Below the pieces are notes generated by a model. That model was not told where the DNA came from, searched no databases, and saw only the letters and a program-made list of their open reading frames with translations. From NCBI GenBank assembly GCA_964016885.1, contig OZ024741.1, positions 49,414,001 to 49,478,000 on the forward strand: a stretch of 64,000 nt of DNA, in the 5' to 3' direction. Shown here piece by piece: positions 55,253 to 64,000 of this stretch (position 1 is its first letter; each line of letters begins with the position of its first letter). The translations under genes and the position numbers were made by a program. The DNA is from Eledone cirrhosa. Its lineage: Eukaryota.

Positions 55253-55700
55253 TTTTATTAAGGCTAAATAGTGAGACTTGTTACTCTGGAGTTTCCTCTG
55301 TTTATCACAGGGTCATCTCATCAGCCAAGAACAGTTCTTGTCTGATAACCCTGTGATAAACAGGCGACACTCCAGAGCAGTGGTCGCCAACCGGTGGTCT
55401 GCAGAAAAATTTGGATATTATTTGCTTTAAATATTTCATTATGATTACATAAGCATTTATAATTTTGTTATATTAAATAGGTGCATTTCATATTAATAAA
55501 ATGGAAGTTCTCTGATCATTATTTTACAAATGTATTTATCTTTTTAAATAAAAATCATATTAGTGGTCTGCGGGATTAAAAATTATGAATTTAGTGGTCC
55601 GTAAGGTCCGAAAGGTTGGCGATCGCTGCCCCAGAGTAACAAGATTCACTTTTTAGCCTTGATAATATTGAATATTAAAATCGGTAATTTTCCTAAGTTA
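55250..55700. mobile_element. Fold-back HHR element interrupted by a hAT MITE
   Basis: Arms meet at 55332; HHR-like cores 55277-55330 (-) and 55336-55644 (+); fragment also at 38596-38640. Confidence 0.7.
55378..55628. mobile_element. hAT-type MITE
   Basis: TIR CAGTGGTCGCCAACC / GGTTGGCGATCGCTG; 8-bp TSD C(T/C)CCAGAG. Confidence 0.85.
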
Positions 55701-56228
55701 TCTCTGTTGATTACCCCCCCCCCCCCCCCGAATTATTGAGATCCCAACATATCGTATTTATTTTATAAAGTAAGGGATTTCTAGTACTTTCTTTGTTATG
55801 TATAATGTTTTTTAATGTATAAAAAAATATTTAAAAAATAAAATTTTGCCTGGCAGCAACACTTCCAATTTCCACAGGACGGACGTTATCACAAGATCTC
55901 TCCTTTACTCTTTTACGTGTTCCAGCCAACAGGCTGAGGCCATGCTGGGGCACCGCCATTGAAATTTAATAGTAGACTGCTGGGATCGAAACCGTTAGGT
56001 TACGATACGTTCAGAAGGTATAGCAACACTCTAACCCACACGACGACCGACCGGAACGTTGATAGACAAAATACATCGTCCCCGCCTCAGCATGTTTACC
56101 TTTGCAACTCTTTACACGCTTATTTGAACATAAAGAAAAATAAGAACAGAAATAAAGAGATGGGTTAACCAGGATTGAGCAATAAATCTATGTAACATCT
56201 CCACTTTGTTCTTATTATATACACTCTA

Positions 56229-56412
56229 TGGTGGATTGGCAGTATCGGTAGAGGGTCGGACGCCATGCTTTCCAGCATAGTTACGTCCCTTTACGATCTG
56301 AGTTCAAATCCCACCGAGGTTGACTTTGCCTTTCTTCCTTACGGGGGTCGATAAAATAAAGTACCAGTAATGCACTGGGTAATTGCTGACCTTGTGCCTA
56401 AAGTAGAAACAA
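56229..56412 (+). mobile_element. Young MetaSINE-like SINE with TSD
   Basis: Near-identical to 4082-4260; TSD ATTATATACACTCT. Confidence 0.9.
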
Positions 56413-57091
56413 TTATATACACTCTGCTCTACATCGAGTGCTGACTTTGGTTCTCTCACCAGTTTTCTTCGGATCTACTGAACAGTTTTTTTCGGACTGA
56501 CTGAACCTTTTGCGCGCACACACACATACGCGCGCGCACACGCACGCACACAGACAGACACACATTTTTTTTGTCTTAACTCGGACATTTTTTTCTGTTT
56601 CTCCTTTGTGATCCTGTCTCTATTTTGTACTCCTGGAGAAAGGTCAGGTCTTAAGCCTGACATGTCGAACTTTCTTTCTTATTTCCAATATAAAGCATGA
56701 AAGTTAAAAGACGTACGAACAGTTTCTCTGCGTCCCCATCGCTTTGGAGATCTTACTTTTGGGATTACCCTCGTAACTTTGATAACTTTCATACATAGGT
56801 TTCGGCCAGTATTGTCCCAGGCCATGTCTAAATACCACATCTTCATTCGATATTTCCCTTAGAATGGCGAGATTAGACCTCGATAGTTTGTATTCGATGA
56901 TCGATTATATTGATTGATTTTTCTTCGGTGATCGATTACATAGATTAATTTTTGGTCACACTCCCCAGGTATGAAATAGCGCTATAAGGCTTCACTTATG
57001 GTTCCACCTGTGTACATATTCTTCTATAGAATATGTATTTAGTATATATGACTCTTTCTCTCTCTGTATATGCATATATCTTTTCATTTGG

Positions 57092-57182
<91 letters not shown>

Positions 57183-57838
57183 TGTAATAAACAACATAAG
57201 GCAATTATTTCATTTACCAGTGGTTTCTTGAAAGCAAACAAATTTTGCTTTCAATCATCAGAATGAAAAAATCCTGGTGTATTATTGACATTGGATTTTA
57301 AAAACAACCTATATATATATATATATATAAACTTAAGAAAATGAACAAAGAAGGACAAGATAACGAACGGAAACAAAACAAAACGAAAAACAATTTTTTA
57401 AGGGGAAACCTTAAAAACTTATTTTAAAAATAAATATACAAACGAAGGACGCAGAACTCCATGGTCATCGGCCGTTGAAATGGACTTGGGCAGTTTCGAC
57501 CCTTATTAACGGTACTTCTGGTCCATCCGGGGTCTGACATAAGCCAAACGCTGTCCAAAGGAGTAAGAGACGAAAGGCAAATATATTTATATACATATCG
57601 TTGTTGTAGTGGCTTTTGTGGCAACATGTCTCCGGTCGCAATTTTCACTGTCACCCTAACGTATTGTTATTCCTCTGAGGTATAATTTATCGATATCACC
57701 TCATCGAGTGCTTTATACCAGCTTTAGAAGATTGATTTCGAAAAATGCTAATCGCAGCTGCAACTTCGATTTTACTCACTATTATATATATTAATACACT
57801 GGGATAATTGCTGGCCTTGTGTCAAAAGTAGAAACAAT

Positions 57839-57921
<83 letters not shown>

Positions 57922-57924
<3 letters not shown>

Positions 57925-58250
57925 GGCGCATGACTTAGTGGTTAGCGCATTGGGCTTGCAATTGAAAGGTTGTGAGTTCGATTCTCGGACTGGGTGATAC
58001 GTTGTGTTCTTGAGCAAGACACTTTATTTCACGTTGCTCCAGTTTACTCAGCTGTAGAAATGAACTGCGACGTCACTGGTGCCAAGCTGTATCGGTCATT
58101 GCCTTTCCCTTGGACAACACCGGTGGCGTGGAGAGGGGAGGTTGGTATGCATGGGCGACTGCTGGTCTTCCTCAAACAACCTTGCCCAGGCTTGTGCCTC
58201 GGAGGGAAACTTTCTAGACCATGGTCATCCGTGACCGAGTGGGGCCAAAG
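57922..58250 (+). mobile_element. CORE-type SINE with a single copy of the 28-bp unit (58069-58096)
   Basis: A/B boxes, core, GACGTCACTGGTGCCAAGCTGTATCGGT. Confidence 0.85.
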
Positions 58251-58251
58251 C

Positions 58252-58347
<96 letters not shown>

Positions 58348-58673
58348 TAAGGATGGCTGTGTCGCTGCTAGTTAAGTTAGGCTTAAAAATGGAATGAGAA
58401 TAAGAAGAAAGCAAGAACGAGAGAGGGAGTTTTCCTCATCAGTTGTTTACTGGGGTATATATATAGTTTGTGGTCAATGCCAGGTTTAGGACAAATGTGG
58501 CCCTGTGCTAGTTAAGTTATGAGGTCCCTTACTTGAAAAACATCGTAAACAAGTTTGTTGGCAGGAAGATGGGCCTCTTTAAGCACACCTAAACACAATG
58601 GTAAATTTGGCACTGTCTGCGGTGCTGTGACTGGGGAGACCACTAATCATGGGAGTACTCAATACAGAGTGGG

Positions 58674-58742
<69 letters not shown>

Positions 58743-58748
58743 TTATCT

Positions 58749-59091
58749 ACGGGCGTCACTGACCTGTGGGGCTATGTAGAACGACTATTGTCGCGGGTGG
58801 GACCAATCCAGTTGACCACCGTGAATGGGCCTTCTCTCTATATCAGCCTGTAGATTGAGGAAAAGGAGGAGGAGAGGAAGGGAGTACAAGCTCTTCGTAC
58901 TCCTGGAGATGAGGGTTGCACATTTTTTCGGGGGTATGTGTTACCCATATAAACTGTCTCCCTCTATTGGGGAAAATCGACTAACTTTTAAATTCCATCT
59001 GTGATAACATTTTACACGTTTTTATTGTATGTAAACTTCCCCCTTTGTATTTGTCCCCTTCTTTTGTGCCCCTGTGGCTAATAAAGAAATA

Positions 59092-59130
<39 letters not shown>

Positions 59131-59737
59131 TTATCTACGGGCGTCACTGACCTGTGGGGCTATGTAGAACGACTATTGTCGCGGGTGGGACCAATCCAGT
59201 TGACCACCGAGTCCATTGTCATGATCAAACCGCCACCCTCCTTCAAAAACGAAGGAGAGGCGGTTTTCCTTTGTGTGATAGCTATGGCGAAAGAGGTTGT
59301 ATGGTGGACAAGGTTGAAAGGGCTGAGGTCAGACACCTTTCTCTCCGGCCAACAACTGATTCTTTTTTTCAAATACCACCTTGGAAGAAGAATCAGGATG
59401 GAGAGAGAGGTGCTGTACCCCAGCAAGTTTTATGAAAGGTGGGTGAAAGTGGCGAGAATGGCCCGAGTGAATGGGCCTTCTCTCTATATCAGCCTGTAGG
59501 TTGAGGAAAAGGAGGAGGAGAGGAAAGGAGTACAAGCTCTTCGTACTCCTGGAGATGAGGGTTGCACATTTTTTTTCGGGGGTATGTGTTACCCATATAA
59601 ACTGTCTCCCTCTATTGGGGAAAATCGACTAACTTTTAAATTCCATCTGTGATAACATTTTACACGTTTTTATTGTATGTAAACTTCCCCCTTTGTATTT
59701 GTCCCCTTCTTTTGTGCCCCTGTGGCTAATAAAGAAA
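58749..59737 (+). mobile_element. Two tandem Tx1 3' fragments (58749-59089 internally deleted; 59137-59737), subfamily B
   Basis: Homology to ORF2 end and 3' UTR; separated and flanked by (TATC)n. Confidence 0.9.
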
Positions 59738-59956
59738 TATATCTATTTATCTATCTATCTATCTATCTACAGTTACATCTGTATTATATAAATATACATA
59801 CATGTATACATTTCTTTTTCTCTATTTTACAACTGAAAATAAATGGACATTGCAGACGCATACACATAACACACACACACACATATATATGTATATATAT
59901 AATATGTGTGTGCGCGTGTGTACACACACACACACATTATATATATATATATATAT

Positions 59957-60133
59957 ACAATAAAAATTCAGAAGAAACTGTGGTTACTGGATAAAGTGAA
60001 TTTAGAAATAAGAGGAAAGCACAAACGAGGGACATTCCCATCATCAGTTGTCTGCTGGAGATCACGGACATTAAATGCGTAGAAATGTCCGTGATCTCCA
60101 GCAGACAACTGATAATGGGAATGTACCCCGTTT
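59957..60133 (-). mobile_element. Hairpin element; copies 61531-61640 and 61797-61964
   Basis: ~48-bp arms with the same TAAATGCGTAGAA-type loop in all three. Confidence 0.8.
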
Positions 60134-60243
60134 ATATATATATATATATACACAGGGTGTATATATGGAAAATCACTGACGAAGGACTATTTTTATCATA
60201 TGTAACCCTGTGCAAACCACGCAGTATTCTTCTTTCTTCTCAT

Positions 60244-60284
<41 letters not shown>

Positions 60285-60285
<1 letters not shown>

Positions 60286-60530
60286 GTTATTCCGGGTTGA
60301 ATCGGAGGTAACCACAGTAAGTAAGGTACTCAATACATTGCAGAGTATAAAAGTTTTAATATAGATGAGATTCTACAGGACTAGAACTGTTTCATTCTTT
60401 AGAAATCATCAGGAATCTGGGTATCAAAAAATAAGTATGGTATTTATAGGTCTCTTCAAGTGGTAGGAGAGGGTAGGGAGTGGGATGGGTGTAGGTCATT
60501 GGTTGATAGAAAAGGGAATTCATTAAAAGC
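60285..60530 (-). mobile_element. pLTR-like element with intact HHR (60368-60418)
   Basis: AGATTC-CTGATGA..GAAA-CAG..CTG-T-A-GAATCT. Confidence 0.85.
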
Positions 60531-60580
60531 TAATTCAACAAAGCTATAGTTTATTTTTATTTTTAAATATATATATATAC

Positions 60581-60617
<37 letters not shown>

Positions 60618-60654
60618 ATATAAGATCAAAAGATGGTTAAAGGAGTTTCATGTA

Positions 60655-60721
60655 TTTTATTATGCGCATTTCAAAAACAAACATCATCATGCAATAATAT
60701 TTGTGTTTTCATCAGATAAAA
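60655..60721 (-). ncRNA. Type I HHR
   Basis: TTTTAT-CTGATGA-AAAC.CAAATA..TGTTTGTTTTT-GAAA-TGCGCA-T-A-ATAAAA; palindromic ATGCGCAT. Confidence 0.8.
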
Positions 60722-61100
60722 CAGGAGAACATGATATGAAGGCTAAAAAACACTTGTGGATAGTGCAGTTTTAAATCAACATATGAAAAGTGGTTTTAGA
60801 TTGATGTGTGATATTGGGAAAAATATTTTATTTAGAGAGGGGGGGGGGTGTGGAAAGGATGAAAAGGGAAGGAGATGAGAGGGAGAGATGGGTGATAGAG
60901 AGAAAGAGATAGTTTTTATAACTGAGAGGAGATATATTGTTTTACATAGAGAGGTTGAAAACCGTTGGAAGATAATGTATAAATTAAAAATTTTGAAAAT
61001 TAACGAAGGGAGGATATGTGCGAGGAAAAAATATTTTATTTAGAGTGCTTCTTATCCGATATCTGCATTGCTTTATTGTACTACAATAAAACTCACCTCC

Positions 61101-61178
<78 letters not shown>

Positions 61179-61179
61179 C

Positions 61180-61210
<31 letters not shown>

Positions 61211-61281
61211 CATATATATATATACATATATATATATACATATATATATATACATATATATATATACATATATATATATAC

Positions 61282-61344
<63 letters not shown>

Positions 61345-61473
61345 ATAAAGAAATACACAGACACATGCGAACATATACATATACATGAATATATCCATAC
61401 GAGGAGTAATGAAGAAATTTGGGTATGGTATATCTTATTAATTATATCTAATGTTTCTTCTTTCTTTATAATG

Positions 61474-61533
<60 letters not shown>

Positions 61534-61636
61534 GGGGGACATTCCCATCATCAGTTGTCTGCTGGAGATCACGGATATTAAATGCGTAGAAATGTCCGTG
61601 ATCTCCAGCAGACAACTGATAATGGGAATGTACCCC

Positions 61637-61706
<70 letters not shown>

Positions 61707-61958
61707 CATTATAAAGAAAGAAGAAACATTAGATATAATTAATACGATATACCATACCCAAATTTCTTCATTACTCCTCGACTACGTTGACACCACATTC
61801 CCATTATCAGTTGTCTGCTGGAGATCACGGACATTTCTACGCATTTAATGTCCGTGATCTTCAGCAGACAACTGATGATGGGAATGTCCCCCGTTTGTGC
61901 TTTCCTCTTATTTCTAAATTCACTTTATCCAGTAACCACAGTTTCTTCTAGAATGTTT

Positions 61959-62046
<88 letters not shown>

Positions 62047-62056
62047 AATAGATATG

Positions 62057-63537
62057 TTTCTTTATTAGCCACAGGGGCACAAAAGAAGGGGACAAATACA
62101 AAGGGGGAAGCTTACATACAATAAAAACGTGTAAAATATTATCACAAATGCAATTTAAAAATTAGTCGATTTTCCCCAATAGTGGGAGACAGTTCATATG
62201 GGTAACACATACCCCTGAAAAAATGTGCAACCCTCATCTCCAGGAGTACGAAGAGTTTGTACTCCTTTCCTCTCCTCCTCCTTTTCCTCAACCGACAGGT
62301 TGATATAGAGAGAAGGCCCATTCACTCGGGCCATTCTCGCCACTTTCACCCACCTTTCATAAAACTTGCTGGGGTACAGCACCTCTCTCTCCATCCTGAT
62401 TCTTCTTCCAAAGTGGTATTTGAAAAAAAGAATCAGTTGTTGGCCGGAGAGAAAGGTGTCTGACCTCAGCCCTTTCATCCTTGTCCACCATACAACCTCT
62501 TTCGCCATAGCTATCACACAAAGGAAAACCGCCTCTCCTTCGTTTTTGAAGGAGGGTGGCGGTTTGATCATGACAATAAATAGATGTTTCTTTTATTTGC
62601 CACCAGGGCATCAAAAGTGGGACAAGTACAATGGGGGGAGTTTACACAAAAAGGCGTCCTCAATAAGGAGGAGGCAATAACAAAATATAAAAATAAAATA
62701 AAATATAACAAAAAATAAAATTTATAACAAAATCCTCAATAGAGAGGAGGCGCCTTGGGGGGTCGCACACACCCCCGAAAAAGTGTGCAACCCTTCTCCT
62801 CAGGAGCACAGAGAGGGGGTGCTCCCTCGTTCCTTCCTCTTTTCCACCTACAGGCTTATGTAAAGAGAAGGCCCATTCACACGGGCCATTCTCGCCACTT
62901 TTACCCATCTTTCATAAAAACGACTGGGGTGGAGCACTTCTCTCTCCATCCTGATCCTTCTTCCGAAATGATATCGGAAGAAACGGACCAGTTGTTGGCC
63001 AGAGAGAAAGGTGCCTGACCTCAGTCCTTTCAGACGCGTCCACCATACAACTTCTTTCACCATGGCTATTACGCACAGAAACACCGCCTCTCCTTCATCT
63101 TTGAAGGGGGGAGGCGGCTTGATCATTACAATAGACTCGGTGGTCAACCGGATCGGTCCCACCCTTGACAGCAGTTGTTCGACATAGCCCCACAGATCGG
63201 CTACGCCCGAGCAGTGTACCAATGCGTGTGCAACGGTTTCCTTGTCGCACACGCATCTGGGACAGATCTTTTTGGCGGGGTCCCTACCCGGGCGCCCGTG
63301 TCTGTAGAGCTTTTCTCGAACGGGTAGAGCCCCTCGGTAGCACTGCCAGGCCAGGGACTTCTGGAAGTTGTCCATAGGTCCCTGGCTGAATGTCCTACCG
63401 AACAGGCTGGCCAGTTCGTCCTCCTCCATGTCTAGGGCTTCTCCCAGGGCGGCGTCGCACCTGCTGCGTACCAGCCCTCTATAGAATGTTGCGGTGGAGT
63501 CTCCACTGATAACCGGATCCGCCTGCCAGAGGGCGGT
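62057..63537 (-). mobile_element. Two tandem Tx1 fragments (62057-62577 subfamily B; 62587-63537 subfamily A)
   Basis: ORFs 62194..62571 and 62848..63537; (GATA)n at 63538-63554, short ATAGAT spacer between copies. Confidence 0.92.
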
Positions 63538-64000
63538 AGATAGATAGATAGATAGTCCCGTACACATATGCCTGTATGTGCTTGTATGAAAGCTATACAT
63601 GTATTGATTTACAAACACATGTATATCGACAAATGTATACATGTAATAAAACCATGTACATAAATACGTGAGAATGAAGAATGAAATAACAAAACATACA
63701 AAAAGGTGAAAGGGTAAATATATTTATGAGTGACGAAAATAGAAGTGTAAAATAGAGAGGTGGTGGTGGTGGTGAGGCGGAGGGTGGCAGAATAATCTTG
63801 TGTGAGTTAAGGACAGAAAGGATAATGTAGAAATAGATATTTTTAGATAAGCAAAACAGAACACGAATGCTGAGAGAAAAATAAGTGAAAATCATAAATA
63901 AATCGATAGACTTAAGTAAATTTTGAGAAAAATTAGAGAGAGAGAGAAGGAAAGAGGAGGAAATGATGTGAGAGAACAGACAGACAACGAGAAATGAAGA

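Noticed and set aside
57922-57995. Functional tRNA genes at SINE heads
   Set aside because: A/B boxes run directly into SINE cores and no full cloverleaf forms

Overview
AT-rich, microsatellite-saturated eukaryotic DNA with no supportable host protein-coding gene. The SINE repertoire and (AT)n/(CA)n density suggest a cephalopod, probably Octopus (inference). Nearly all long ORFs in the track are microsatellite artefacts. The real coding sequence is retrotransposon. Penelope-like elements (PLEs): one full-length frameshifted copy (3972-8746), two 5'-truncated relatives and a Hydra-type GIY-YIG fragment. Other LINEs: five Tx1/L1-clade copies that all abut (TATC)n-type sequence, plus RTE, R4/Dong and CRE fragments. 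There are also many tRNA-derived SINEs, MITEs and a probable Helitron. The main signal the ORF track does not show is about 20 hammerhead ribozyme (HHR) motifs from about 12 unrelated sequence families. Most lie in short non-coding pLTR-like elements next to (AT)n, and many of these fold back into long palindromes with an HHR on each strand. Other highlights are candidate type II (permuted) HHRs, a shared ACTC..TTGAGTRC motif, and a SINE-internal 28-bp array with about 35 units, most carrying a perfect CRE (TGACGTCA). All folds and alignments were read by eye, so coordinates may be off by a few bases.
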